Below, piece after piece: positions 17,965-27,315 of a stretch of DNA of 64,000 nt. A program made the translations under genes and the position numbers. Position 1 is the first letter of the stretch. Each line of letters opens with the position of its first letter. The stretch covers positions 1 through 64,000 of IMG/VR virus record IMGVR_UViG_3300049460_000123. One strand, given 5' to 3'. Source of the stretch: a virus. The notes under the pieces are model-generated. The model did no database searches, was not told the DNA's origin, and saw only the letters and a list, made by a program, of their open reading frames with translations.

Positions 17965-19677
17965 TCAAACGAGCGCCGGTTTTTCTTCGGCGACAGGCGC
18001 CAGCGTGCGCTGCATGAATTCTTTGAACTTCGCATACTCAGCCTCAGCCGGCGAGTTGAAAACGTCGTATGCGATCTGTTCTTTCTCGACGAGATCCAGC
18101 AGCTTTTCGCGCCACTCCTTCATCTCCTTCGGCTTCATCGACTTGACTGCATGGAACGGCTTGCCGAACTCAGCAAGGACCGTCTTGCCGGACCGCGCGC
18201 GCCACGCGTCGAGACCCATCTCGAGACTGGCGATCATCGACGCCTTTTCCTCGCGTGCCTTGACGATCTTTTCGGCGCGGCCCCGCGAATACCCGAGTTT
18301 CTCGACCATCTCGTCGACGGACTGCGCGCGCCCCTGATCCTCACGATTCTTTTTGCTCAGCGCGGCCGCCATCTCCGGCGTGATCTTTCCGAGCTTGCCC
18401 TCGACCTGCTCGAGCACGCGCGGGCCGATGATCGGATACTCGAACTTGCAGACCGGGCAGACCGGCGCCGGCTCGTGCACGTGGAAGCACTTCGGGCACT
18501 GCTTGACGGGAACGGTTTCCTCCTCCTCCTTCGCCTTGCCCTTGCCCTTCTTGCGGCCGTCGAGCGTCCACTCGCGATCCTCGTTCGGCATGCCGTGCTT
18601 ACGCTTGAATTCCCCGTCGACCATGCGGCCGACGTTGCCGACGTGATCGAGTAGCCACGCCTCAGTCTTGCCATCCTCCGGACGCTCGACGCGGCCAACC
18701 TGCTGCAGGAACAGCGATTCCGACGCTGTCGGCCGGAGCATGATGCAGCACTGCAGCGCCGGCAAGTCATACCCTTCGGACACCAGATCCACCGTGCACG
18801 CGCCCTGGAGATCGCCGGACTTCAGGCGCTTGTTCACCGCCGTGCGCTCTGCATCAGTCATATGCGGCTCGCCAACGAGAAGCGCGAACCGATAGCCCGC
18901 CGCGTTGAACTCGTCGGCGACGTGCTGCGCGTGCTTGACGCTGGCACAGAACACGATCGCGCGCGCGCCCGGGCAGATCTCGGTGTAGTGCGCGACGGCC
19001 GAGCCAGTGATGTGCGGTTTGTCGACACGATCCGCGACCTCCGCCGCGTTGTATTCGCCGTCCTTGTTTTTGCCGACCCCCTGCAGATCCGGTTGATCGA
19101 ACGACGAATAGACCGTCGACGCGATCAGATTCTTGCGCTCGATCAGCTCCGGCTTGGACGGCCCGAGCACCATCGACTTGAAGACGCCGCCGGCATGCTC
19201 GCCTAGCCCCTTGCCATCGGTGCGCACCGGCGTCGCCGTGACGCCCAGCATAGGCGGACGTCCGAGCATGTTGAATGCACGCCCCCACTTGTTATCCGCG
19301 ATGACGTGATGCGCCTCATCAAAAATGACCAAGCCGAATTTCATCGGGGTTTTTTTGAGACGGATCAGGAGCGTGTCGATACTGGCGACCTGGATCAACT
19401 GCGTCGCATCCGGCGTGAAGTGCGGCGAAATCATCCCGTGCTTGATCCCAAGCGAACGCAGCGACGCGGACGCCTGCAGGAGGAGCTCCTTACGATGGAC
19501 GATGATGCAGACAGGAGTGCCGCGCGCGGCAGCGCTGGATGCGATGTAGCTGAAGGTGTATGTCTTGCCGCCGCCAGCGGGCAGCACGAAAAGGACTGGA
19601 TGCTGGCCAGCACGGAATTCCGCACGGACCTCGTCGACAGCGGACTGTTGGTAGTCCCGAAGTGCAATGCTCGTCAT
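17965..19677 (-). CDS. SF2 DEAH helicase (RadD/UvsW-like) with zinc finger
   Basis: AGGGKT, DEAHH, TATP, EGYDLP, QQVGRVER, CPKC/CPVC. Confidence 0.92.
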   Translation of the reverse strand: MTSIALRDYQQSAVDEVRAEFRAGQHPVLFVLPAGGGKTYTFSYIASSAAARGTPVCIIVHRKELLLQASASLRSLGIKHGMISPHFTPDATQLIQVASIDTLLIRLKKTPMKFGLVIFDEAHHVIADNKWGRAFNMLGRPPMLGVTATPVRTDGKGLGEHAGGVFKSMVLGPSKPELIERKNLIASTVYSSFDQPDLQGVGKNKDGEYNAAEVADRVDKPHITGSAVAHYTEICPGARAIVFCASVKHAQHVADEFNAAGYRFALLVGEPHMTDAERTAVNKRLKSGDLQGACTVDLVSEGYDLPALQCCIMLRPTASESLFLQQVGRVERPEDGKTEAWLLDHVGNVGRMVDGEFKRKHGMPNEDREWTLDGRKKGKGKAKEEEETVPVKQCPKCFHVHEPAPVCPVCKFEYPIIGPRVLEQVEGKLGKITPEMAAALSKKNREDQGRAQSVDEMVEKLGYSRGRAEKIVKAREEKASMIASLEMGLDAWRARSGKTVLAEFGKPFHAVKSMKPKEMKEWREKLLDLVEKEQIAYDVFNSPAEAEYAKFKEFMQRTLAPVAEEKPALV

Positions 19678-19740
19678 AGATATAAAAATGAAGGCACAGA
19701 GATAAAAGGAAGGGTCTGCGCCCCGGTTAATGGAATTCTA

Positions 19741-19756
19741 ATGCTGCAGTCACGAC
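19741..19756 (-). promoter_or_regulatory. GTCGTGAC-class phage promoter (replication operon)
   Basis: GTCGTGAC-TG-CAGCAT. Confidence 0.65.
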
Positions 19757-20010
19757 TATTCGTCGTTGGCTAGCTTCCGTGCGTTGCGTGCGGCCGCGAT
19801 CTCAGCCTTTCGATCCGCGATGATCTGCTCCATCTGGTCGACGAGCTGGATTGTCTTCGGCACTTCGCCCTTACGCCAACGGTCCGGCGTGGCGCGCGAT
19901 ATGCCGCCGATCTCACAGATCGAAGTGAAGTTGAGCCCCACCTTTCGCGCGTCTTCTTCAATCTTTGCGACGCGTTCCCGGAAAACCTCACCAAAAGACT
20001 TGCTAGACAT
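19756..20010 (-). CDS. Cro/XRE-like HTH regulator
   Basis: GLNFTSICEIGGISRATPDRWRKG; lies at a divergent promoter region. Confidence 0.8.
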   Translation of the reverse strand: MSSKSFGEVFRERVAKIEEDARKVGLNFTSICEIGGISRATPDRWRKGEVPKTIQLVDQMEQIIADRKAEIAAARNARKLANDE

Positions 20011-20039
20011 TGCTTTCTTCCTTTTATGTTATCGAAACG

Positions 20040-20175
20040 ATTGTATCAAAAATGAGTAAGTGGCGTAAGATTGCCACGACATCTTGCGCGCCGCAATAGC
20101 TCCGTCCCTATATTACGTTTGGTAACGAACAAAACATTTGACCCTGTTGCAACTTACTCAAAAATAGAGCAGAAT
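20040..20175. promoter_or_regulatory. Divergent promoter switch with operators at 20042-20059 and 20154-20171
   Basis: Leftward TGnTACAAT overlapped by TTACTCATTTTTGATACA; rightward TTGCAA(20147)-N17-CAGAAT(20170) with TTACTCAAAAATAGAGCA in the spacer. Confidence 0.7.
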
Positions 20176-20212
20176 CCCGCCGCGACTTAACTATTTTTGA
20201 GGAAGTTACCAG

Positions 20213-21058
20213 ATGCGAACCCGCCCCCCCATTGACCCGGCGCGCCTCATCGGCCATGTCGATATCTCAAACGACGACTACCACGCCGGCCCGGGCATTT
20301 CAAAGTCGCACCTGGACGTCGTAGCAGAGCAATCAATGCTCCATTACTGGCAGCAGTACGTGAACCCGAACCGGCCGCCGGCGGAAACTACAGACGCCCT
20401 TGTGATCGGCAGTGCGACGCACTCCGCGATCCTCGAACCCGACCTGTTCACGTCCGAATATGTCGAGTCCCCCTCGTTCAACATGCGCACGAAGGACGGC
20501 AAACAGATGTTCGCCAACTTCGTCGAGGAGAACCCGGGTAAGCAAATCCTGCATCCCGAGGACTACAAAACGTGTCTCGACATCCGCGACGCCGTTTATC
20601 GCCATCCGGTTGCCCCCGGACTGCTCAAAAATGGCAAAACTGAACAATCCTTTTATGTCGTCGACCAGGAAACCGGCGAACTGATCAAGTGCCGATTCGA
20701 TTTCCTGCAGGACGGCGGCGCCATCTCGCTCGACGTGAAGACTGCAAGGGACGCGAGCCCGCGCGGATTCGCCAAGGACGCGGCGAATTTCCGGTACGAC
20801 ATCGCACCCGCCTGGTACTTCGACGTCCTCCGCCAACTCTACGGCGAAGTCCCGAAGCACTGGGTTTGGCTCGTCGTCGAGAAGGTTGCGCCGTTTGCCA
20901 TAGGCATTTACTACGCCCGTCCGGCCGACATCATCCGCGCGCACGAATGCGCCCGGCGCGATTTTAACCGCATTGTCTTAGCTAAAAAAGAGAATCACTG
21001 GCCCGACTACGGCTATGAAGCCCAACCCCTCGAATTCCCCGGCTGGATGAAGCGCTAG
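20213..21058 (+). CDS. RecE/exonuclease VIII-like PD-(D/E)XK nuclease (DUF3799-like)
   Basis: YHAGPGISKSHL, GSATHSAILEP, KCRFD, DVKT. Confidence 0.88.
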   Translation: MRTRPPIDPARLIGHVDISNDDYHAGPGISKSHLDVVAEQSMLHYWQQYVNPNRPPAETTDALVIGSATHSAILEPDLFTSEYVESPSFNMRTKDGKQMFANFVEENPGKQILHPEDYKTCLDIRDAVYRHPVAPGLLKNGKTEQSFYVVDQETGELIKCRFDFLQDGGAISLDVKTARDASPRGFAKDAANFRYDIAPAWYFDVLRQLYGEVPKHWVWLVVEKVAPFAIGIYYARPADIIRAHECARRDFNRIVLAKKENHWPDYGYEAQPLEFPGWMKR

Positions 21059-21090
21059 AGCCCCACTTCTAATACAGGACATACAGAAAA

Positions 21091-22413
21091 ATGAAGATCG
21101 AACACGTAAAAATTTCCTCAATATTGGGTATTGACCACCTGGAATTCTCTCCGGCTGGCTTCACCGAGATCTCCGGCCGCAACGGCAGCGGCAAGACGTC
21201 CGTGCTCGAGGCGATCAAGGCCACGATCAAAGGCGGCCACGATGCGACCCTTCTGCGCAACGGCTCGGACAAGGGTGAAGTCGTTTTCGTGCTCGACGAC
21301 GGCACCAGCATCAAGCGCCGCGTCGGGCCGAACACCAGCACGACCGACGTGACGCGCGACGGCAAGAAAGTGCCGCGCCCGCAGGAAGCTATCCAAGCGC
21401 TTACAGACATGCTTTCGGTCAATCCCGTTGACTTTCTCCGCGCGGCGAAGAAGGACCGCGTTCGCGTGCTGCTCGAGGCAATGCCGATCGAGCTCGACAT
21501 CGCGAAACTCAGCGAACTCTCCGGAATCGAGGTGAGCGCACAGCCGGGCCTGCACGCGCTGCACGTGATCGAGGCGATCGCCAAGCAGGTGTACGACTTG
21601 CGCACCGGCTCGAACCGCGCGATCAAAGAGAAAGAGGCGACGATCAACCAACTCCGCCAGGCGATCCCGGCAGCGCCCGCCGGCCTCGACGGCAACGAGG
21701 ATGCGCTCGCGGCGAAACTCACCGAGATCGACACCGCCAAGCAGGCCGAGATGGACCGCATCTCAACGAAACTCGTCGGGATCCGCGAGGAAACGCAGAA
21801 GAAGATCGACACCCTGCGCGCCGACCTGCAGACGCAGATTGACAAGTTGAAGGCAGATGCACAGGCTGAAGCGGACAAGATCAAAGACGCACTGAACGCA
21901 ACCGAGGCCGCCGCCGCCACACAGCGCGAGCGCTCGACACAGCGATTCGCCGACGAGCGCGCGCCAGTCGCGCAGCACCTCGCCATGATCCGCGAGAACC
22001 GCGACCTGCACGCACGCCGCGCGCAAACGCTAGATACGATCGAAATCCTTTCGACGGAACTCGGCGAGCTGCAGGAGGAAACCGCCGGGCACACGGCCGC
22101 GCTCGAGGGCATGGCGCAATACAAGTCGGATCTGCTGGCAAACCTGCCGATCCCGGGCGTCGAGGTGAAAGACGGCGAGATCTACCGCAACGGCGTGCCG
22201 CTCGACCGCCTCAACACGGCACAGCAGGTGGACATCGCTGTCGAAGTCGCGATGCTCCGCGCCGGCTCGCTTGGAGTCTTATGTGTCGACGGAATCGAAC
22301 TGCTCGACACCGGCGCATACGAGGCATTCCGCGACCGCGCGATCGATAGTGGACTGCAAATGTTCGTCACCAAAGTGACCGACGACGCATTCGCCATCAC
22401 TTCGCAATCCTGA
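21091..22413 (+). CDS. SMC/Rad50-like coiled-coil ABC ATPase
   Basis: GRNGSGKTS, central coiled coil, LNTAQQ signature-like, LCVDGIE Walker B. Confidence 0.85.
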   Translation: MKIEHVKISSILGIDHLEFSPAGFTEISGRNGSGKTSVLEAIKATIKGGHDATLLRNGSDKGEVVFVLDDGTSIKRRVGPNTSTTDVTRDGKKVPRPQEAIQALTDMLSVNPVDFLRAAKKDRVRVLLEAMPIELDIAKLSELSGIEVSAQPGLHALHVIEAIAKQVYDLRTGSNRAIKEKEATINQLRQAIPAAPAGLDGNEDALAAKLTEIDTAKQAEMDRISTKLVGIREETQKKIDTLRADLQTQIDKLKADAQAEADKIKDALNATEAAAATQRERSTQRFADERAPVAQHLAMIRENRDLHARRAQTLDTIEILSTELGELQEETAGHTAALEGMAQYKSDLLANLPIPGVEVKDGEIYRNGVPLDRLNTAQQVDIAVEVAMLRAGSLGVLCVDGIELLDTGAYEAFRDRAIDSGLQMFVTKVTDDAFAITSQS

Positions 22414-22436
22414 TCCAAACAAATTTCCAACACAAA

Positions 22437-22464
22437 CGGACTTGATCAAATATAATCAAGTCCG
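22437..22464. repeat. Inverted repeat CGGACTTGAT-N8-ATCAAGTCCG (operator-like core TTGATCAAATATAATCAA)
   Basis: Perfect 10-bp arms in intergenic DNA. Confidence 0.6.
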
Positions 22465-22484
22465 ATTTCAACCCCGGAGTAAAA

Positions 22485-23549
22485 ATGTCGTCAGAAATTC
22501 AACGTGCCGAGCAGAGCAACCCGTTCCAACGCATGATGCAAACCGCCACCGGCGGCAACGTCGGCGCCGTCTCGATCGAATCGGAACGCGCGATCGCCGA
22601 AGCACGCGGGCAGATGCAGCTTGCCAAGATGTTCCCCCGCGACCTGAACGCGGCGTATGCCGAAATGATGGATGCCTGCAAGCTCCAGGCACTCGCCAAA
22701 GTGGCGTTCTATTCGGTACCGCAAGGCGGACAGAAAGTGACCGGCCCGTCGATCCGCCTCGCCGAGGAGATCGCGCGCATTTACGGCAACTTCGAATTCG
22801 GCCACCGCGAACTGTCGCGCATCGATGCGACGCCCGACTCGTTCGGCAAGAGCGAAATCGAGGTGTACGCCTGGGACAAGGAGAAGAACAACCGCTCGAT
22901 CCGTCAGATCACCGTCCTGCACGTGCTCGACACCAAGGACGGCCCGCGCAAACTGCGCGACCAGAAGGACGTCGACAACAAGATTGCGAACGTCGCCAGC
23001 AAGCAGGCACGCGGCCGGATCCTCGCATTGTTGCCGAAGTGGCTGATCGAAGCCGCGCAGGACGAATGCCGCAAGACGCTCGCCGGCGACAACACCGAGC
23101 CGCTCGCCGTGCGCGTGCGCAAGATGACGCAGGCGTTTGCCGCATACGGCGTTACACCGGCTCACCTCGAGGCATACCTCAAAACGAAGCTCGACGCCGT
23201 CCTGGTCGACCAGCTCATCGACCTCACCGGCGTGTACAACGCGCTGCGCGAAGGCACCCCGGCATCGGATTTCTTCGGCGATAGCGCCGCCGGCACGACG
23301 GACGCAGCCGCATCCGAACTCACGGCACAAGCCAAGGGAGCACTGGCCGAGGCGACGAAGGCCGCACCGAAGGCAGCGCGCGCACCGAAGGCAGCCGCCG
23401 CCGCGCCCGCAGCAGAAGAACCGAAGGCCGAGGCGCCGCAGGCAGCGCAAGAGCAACCGAAGGAAGAAGCACCGGCGGCAGCAGAAGCACCCGCAGAGCA
23501 AGCAGCAGCCGCAGCACCCGCAGCAGCAGCACCCGCCGACGTTTTCTAA
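22485..23549 (+). CDS. Putative ssDNA-annealing/recombination protein with Ala/Glu/Pro tail
   Basis: Position after RecE-like nuclease; GPSIRLAEEIARIYGN; disordered tail ending DVF. Confidence 0.55.
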   Translation: MSSEIQRAEQSNPFQRMMQTATGGNVGAVSIESERAIAEARGQMQLAKMFPRDLNAAYAEMMDACKLQALAKVAFYSVPQGGQKVTGPSIRLAEEIARIYGNFEFGHRELSRIDATPDSFGKSEIEVYAWDKEKNNRSIRQITVLHVLDTKDGPRKLRDQKDVDNKIANVASKQARGRILALLPKWLIEAAQDECRKTLAGDNTEPLAVRVRKMTQAFAAYGVTPAHLEAYLKTKLDAVLVDQLIDLTGVYNALREGTPASDFFGDSAAGTTDAAASELTAQAKGALAEATKAAPKAARAPKAAAAAPAAEEPKAEAPQAAQEQPKEEAPAAAEAPAEQAAAAAPAAAAPADVF

Positions 23550-23575
23550 TCGGCACGCAGCATAGCTAGACCACG

Positions 23576-23603
23576 AGGCGCCCGGATCCCCCGGGCGTCT
23601 TTT
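23576..23603 (+). terminator. Intrinsic terminator before the integrase
   Basis: AGGCGCCCGG-ATCC-CCGGGCGTCT-TTT. Confidence 0.65.
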
Positions 23604-23630
23604 ACAAGGTTTCACGCGAAAGAGACCAAC

Positions 23631-24803
23631 ATGCCGAAACTCACAAAAAAAATCGTTGAAGACACCCAAACCACCGACAAAGACGTCTGGATCTGGTGCA
23701 GCGAATTGCCAGGATTCGGCATGCGAGTCCAGCCGAGCGGCCGCAAGACGTTCGTGACGCGTTACCGCACCGCCACCGGCACGCAGCGCAAGACGACGAT
23801 CGCCCGCTGCAGCGACGTCACCGCCGACAAGGCGCGCGAGCTCGCACGCAAGACGTTCTCCGCCGTCGCCGAGGGAAAGGATCCAGCCGCTGAAAAGCAC
23901 GCGCTGAAGAACGCGCCCACCGTCGACGAGCTGCGCGCGCGTTACATGCGCGAGCACGCCGCGCCGTTCAAGAAGTCCGGCAGCATTACGAACGACGAAA
24001 TGCTTTGGCGCCTGCACGTGATCCCGGCGCTTGGCAAGAAGCGCGTCGACGCCGTCACGCGCGCCGACATCCTCGCGATGCACGGCAGTCTCGCAGTCAA
24101 GCCCGCGACCGCAAACGCGTGCGTCGCCCTGCTCAGCAAAGCATTCAACCTCGCCGAATTGTGGGAGTGGCGCACCACCGCAAACCCATGCCGCCAGGTG
24201 AAGAAATTCAAGATCCGAGAGCGCGAGACCATCCTCACGCACGAGCAGATCGGCCGCCTCAATGAAACGCTCAACGACATGGCGGCAAAGGACGAGATCC
24301 CGCAATCAATGGCCGACCTCGTGCGCCTGCTCCTCATCACCGGATGCCGCCTGAACGAGATCATGAGCGCGCGCCAGTCCTGGGTCGATCGCAGCCGCAG
24401 CCTCCTCCTGCTTCCGGACAGCAAAGTCGGACAGCGCCGCATCGCCCTTTCCGCCGCCGCGATGGAGATCATCGACTCGATCCCGGCCGGCGAGTGGCTG
24501 ATCCCGGGCCGCAACGACCTCGAGCACCTGAAGCACCCGCACGGCATGTTCACGCGGATCAAGGCGCGCGCACAGCTCCCCGCCGATCTGCGGCCGCACG
24601 ACCTCCGCCACACAGCCGGATCACTGGCGCATATGGCGGGCCTCACGCAGAAGCAAGTCGCGACCATGCTGGGCCATCGCCAGATCGCCACGACGGCGCG
24701 CTACCTGCACGGATTCGCCGGCGACGACGCCCGATCAGTCAACATTGTCGGCAACGTCATATCGGCCAATTTCAAGCGGCCGCCGCAGCAAGTCGCAGCC
24801 TGA
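23631..24803 (+). CDS. int: Tyrosine integrase with arm-binding domain
   Basis: ELPGFGMRV arm domain; TGCRLNE, HDLRH, LGH, TARY. Confidence 0.95.
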   Translation: MPKLTKKIVEDTQTTDKDVWIWCSELPGFGMRVQPSGRKTFVTRYRTATGTQRKTTIARCSDVTADKARELARKTFSAVAEGKDPAAEKHALKNAPTVDELRARYMREHAAPFKKSGSITNDEMLWRLHVIPALGKKRVDAVTRADILAMHGSLAVKPATANACVALLSKAFNLAELWEWRTTANPCRQVKKFKIRERETILTHEQIGRLNETLNDMAAKDEIPQSMADLVRLLLITGCRLNEIMSARQSWVDRSRSLLLLPDSKVGQRRIALSAAAMEIIDSIPAGEWLIPGRNDLEHLKHPHGMFTRIKARAQLPADLRPHDLRHTAGSLAHMAGLTQKQVATMLGHRQIATTARYLHGFAGDDARSVNIVGNVISANFKRPPQQVAA

Positions 24804-24809
24804 AAACGA

Positions 24810-24834
24810 GCCCGGTTCCGACCGGGTTTTTTTT
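24810..24834 (+). terminator. Intrinsic terminator
   Basis: GCCCGGT-TCCG-ACCGGGT followed by T-run. Confidence 0.85.
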
Positions 24835-24852
24835 CATCTCAGGCTAGACCTA

Positions 24853-24895
24853 TTACTCATTTTTGAGTAAGATTCGCTTACTCAAAAACGAGGAG
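24853..24895. promoter_or_regulatory. Tandem operators: perfect TTACTCATTTTTGAGTAA (24853-24870) and TTACTCAAAAACGAGGAG (24878-24895)
   Basis: Perfect dyad arms; the second overlaps the RBS of the 24902 gene. Confidence 0.8.
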
Positions 24896-24901
24896 GACAC
24901 C

Positions 24902-25093
24902 ATGAAGTCGGGACAGCAAAATAACCATCACGCGCAGCGCCTCGCGAACACGTCCGGCGCCGTCCATCACATGATCCTAATCGGTACCGCAGATAGCCTG
25001 ATCGAACTGCGCGCCCGCAATGAACAACGCCTGGCGATCGCCAAGCAACAGCGCCAGGGACAGCAAGTCTACCGGCATGAACAGAACGATTAA
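24902..25093 (+). CDS. Hypothetical protein (63 aa)
   Basis: GAGGAGG RBS before ATG 24902. Confidence 0.65.
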   Translation: MKSGQQNNHHAQRLANTSGAVHHMILIGTADSLIELRARNEQRLAIAKQQRQGQQVYRHEQND

Positions 25094-25105
25094 GAGGGTA
25101 AGGGA

Positions 25106-25333
25106 ATGTCAGTAGAAGATTTGGCGCAGGTTGTTGAGGCGCAAGAGTGGGCTCGAAATAACCGTGTGCGGCCGCCAGCGCCAGTCTATGCACCGGGCGA
25201 CGAGAAGTACGGCCCGGCGGAGTGTGAGGAGTGTGAGATCGAGCTCCCGGAGCTTCGCCGCGCAATGGGCCGATGCATGTGCGTCGACTGCACCGATCGA
25301 GATGCACTCCGCAAAAAGATACGAGGCGCCTAA
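25106..25333 (+). CDS. TraR/DksA-family C4 zinc-finger protein
   Basis: CEECEIELPELRRAMGRCMCVDC; EDLAQ N-terminal helix. Confidence 0.8.
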   Translation: MSVEDLAQVVEAQEWARNNRVRPPAPVYAPGDEKYGPAECEECEIELPELRRAMGRCMCVDCTDRDALRKKIRGA

Positions 25334-25355
25334 GCGCCCCGTTCAGATCCAGACC

Positions 25356-25379
25356 AGCCCGCTTATTGCGGGCTTTTTT
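25356..25379 (+). terminator. Intrinsic terminator at the early/lysis convergence
   Basis: AGCCCGC-TTATT-GCGGGCT-TTTTT. Confidence 0.8.
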
Positions 25380-25983
25380 GCGCCTGCTCAGTCGGGTTCT
25401 GCACGTGCCAGTCGATCAGCGCGTTGAGTTGGTTGCGGCAATCAGCATACTGCCCTGAGTTTTGGACGGAGTTGCCGAGGACGTCTTGAGTTGAAACGGT
25501 TGACCTAACAAGATCGGCTTCGGCGGCCGAACCAGCAGGGACGCCGGCGGCGCCGGACACGTCATGTTTGACGGTAGGATCGAGGGCGTCGTCCCACAGC
25601 CGGACAAAACCCCAAGTGTAAATAGCATCAGGAATAGCGATAGACGGCGCACCGGCAGTCTCCTTATAAACGGTAGTCACTTTCGGGATTTCCTTCACAA
25701 CCGTCACCGTGACCGTCTTGACGTTTGCTTTCTCGAGCTCGAGATCCGCCGCCAGCTTGTTACCGCGCGAATTGGCGACGTCGATCTTTCCTTGCCAGGC
25801 GTCATCCGCCTTTTTCTGTGCGGCCGCATACGTCGCCGCGTCGCGCGCGCCGCGCGTGCTATCACCTTCGTAATAGCCGAATGCGCCGGCCGCGCCGATC
25901 GCGAGCACTACGCCCAGCAGCGCCCACGGAAGGAAGGAGCCTCCGCCGGCGACCTTTGCCACATCTGCCACGACATCACTCAT
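25363..25983 (-). CDS. Rz: Inner-membrane spanin (Rz-like)
   Basis: N-terminal TM, coiled coil, follows the endolysin. Confidence 0.8.
   Translation of the reverse strand: MSDVVADVAKVAGGGSFLPWALLGVVLAIGAAGAFGYYEGDSTRGARDAATYAAAQKKADDAWQGKIDVANSRGNKLAADLELEKANVKTVTVTVVKEIPKVTTVYKETAGAPSIAIPDAIYTWGFVRLWDDALDPTVKHDVSGAAGVPAGSAAEADLVRSTVSTQDVLGNSVQNSGQYADCRNQLNALIDWHVQNPTEQAQKSPQ
25416..25652 (-). CDS. Rz1: Outer-membrane spanin lipoprotein embedded in Rz
   Basis: Lipobox LSG-C, Pro-rich CPAPPASLLVRPP, nested in another frame. Confidence 0.8.
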   Translation of the reverse strand: MRRLSLFLMLFTLGVLSGCGTTPSILPSNMTCPAPPASLLVRPPKPILLGQPFQLKTSSATPSKTQGSMLIAATNSTR

Positions 25984-26245
25984 GATTGCCCCTCAAATCG
26001 TCCGTACGCGCCTTGAATGCCACGCCACCGGCGAGCATCGCCATACCGCCGAACATCGCCGCGAACCCGGTACCGAACGCCATCGGATCCCAGTGACCAT
26101 GAAACGCCGCCCATACGGAATTGCCGATGAATGCCGGAATACCCGTCACCGACAGCGCGGCGCCGCCGCATCGGAACGGGCAGAAACTCGTCCCGTCGTT
26201 TTCCGTCAGACAGTCATGAATCAGCTTTTTGATCTGTGCCAGCAC
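25976..26245 (-). CDS. Holin-like two-TM protein
   Basis: GTG start with GGGAG RBS; two hydrophobic segments; lies between endolysin and spanin. Confidence 0.6.
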   Translation of the reverse strand: MLAQIKKLIHDCLTENDGTSFCPFRCGGAALSVTGIPAFIGNSVWAAFHGHWDPMAFGTGFAAMFGGMAMLAGGVAFKARTDDLRGNHE

Positions 26246-26246
26246 G

Positions 26247-26906
26247 TCACACTCCCAAGGTTTTTTGAGCCCGCGCATAAGCCGCGAGGCGATCGGCTTG
26301 GCCGATAGGCGTCGCCGGCGAATTCGGATTGCCCAGGTTGATCGCCTTGCTGATAGCCGTGATCTGGCCGGCATCGGCGAACTTGTTCAGGTGATTCACG
26401 GACCAGAACCACGCGGCCGACAGCGCACCCGCCTGCGGTTGCTCGAGCAGCTCCGGATGCGAGACCAGGTCCATGCCGATCGCGGCCGCACATGCCGCGT
26501 AATTGGCGCGCCCCGTGATCTGTATCGGGCCGCGCCCACGGAACGCCCAGCCGTCGCCGCTCGACTCCGGACCGTTTCCGTTTCGGTCCGCGTAGCAGTT
26601 GTTCGCGATCGCCTGCGGATTGCGATTCAGGCGCAGCGCCAGCGCGTTCGGAGCGCCGCCGCGCTTGCCAGTTACCGAGTAACGATCCCAGGTGTTGGCG
26701 AGACCCTGCGCGCCGTAGTTCAGATTTTCAACGTGAGCATTCAGGCCGGCGCTTTCGACGCCAATCTCAGCGAGGAACGCAGCGACGCGCAGAGGCGTAT
26801 TGATCTCGAAGCGATCGCAAGCAGCTTGCAGCGGGACGAGCCAGAGCGCTGCATTCGACGCGGACGCGCCGCATACTACCTGGATGAGAGGAGCAGTCAG
26901 GTTCAT
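26247..26906 (-). CDS. GH19 (chitinase-like) endolysin
   Basis: RVAAFLAEIGVES, ENLNY, FRGRGPIQITGRANY, SAAWFW. Confidence 0.95.
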   Translation of the reverse strand: MNLTAPLIQVVCGASASNAALWLVPLQAACDRFEINTPLRVAAFLAEIGVESAGLNAHVENLNYGAQGLANTWDRYSVTGKRGGAPNALALRLNRNPQAIANNCYADRNGNGPESSGDGWAFRGRGPIQITGRANYAACAAAIGMDLVSHPELLEQPQAGALSAAWFWSVNHLNKFADAGQITAISKAINLGNPNSPATPIGQADRLAAYARAQKTLGV

Positions 26907-27271
26907 GGCTTATCGGCCTTCCCATCAAGACGGCGATGCAGACTATCGAGCTTGTTAGAGAAGTCACGATTCATATCGCGGATGCCTTCCGTGAGACTTT
27001 TGATCGCCTGATTCAGCCCTTCAATCGCCTGCGTGAGCGCGCCTTGAGTCACGTAGTGCTCAGCCACGTAGAGCTTGTAGTCCGAGAGCTCGCGCGAGAT
27101 TGCATCGCTTTTCTGGTCTGCATCTTTAGCCGCCTTCTCCGCCGCCCTATTGCCCTCATCCGCTTTCTTGCGAACATCGAGATACAAGAACCAGAGCACT
27201 GTGCCTATACCTGCCAATAGCAGCCCGCACGCCGTCACTGCTACCGTCGTCCAATCCATTTCCTTCCCCAT
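26903..27271 (-). CDS. Single-TM coiled-coil lysis-cassette protein (holin/antiholin candidate)
   Basis: N-terminal TM; dual ATG (27271/27259); coupled to the endolysin. Confidence 0.6.
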   Translation of the reverse strand: MGKEMDWTTVAVTACGLLLAGIGTVLWFLYLDVRKKADEGNRAAEKAAKDADQKSDAISRELSDYKLYVAEHYVTQGALTQAIEGLNQAIKSLTEGIRDMNRDFSNKLDSLHRRLDGKADKP

Positions 27272-27294
27272 TCAAAACAAGCCGTCATGAACCG

Positions 27295-27310
27295 ATTCTC
27301 GTGTCACGAC
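27295..27310 (-). promoter_or_regulatory. GTCGTGAC-class promoter (lysis)
   Basis: GTCGTGAC-AC-GAGAAT-N6-ATG. Confidence 0.75.
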
Positions 27311-27315
27311 ACCGC

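Noticed and set aside
23340-23540. GCA/GCC-rich repeats
   Set aside because: Simply encode an Ala/Glu/Pro disordered tail
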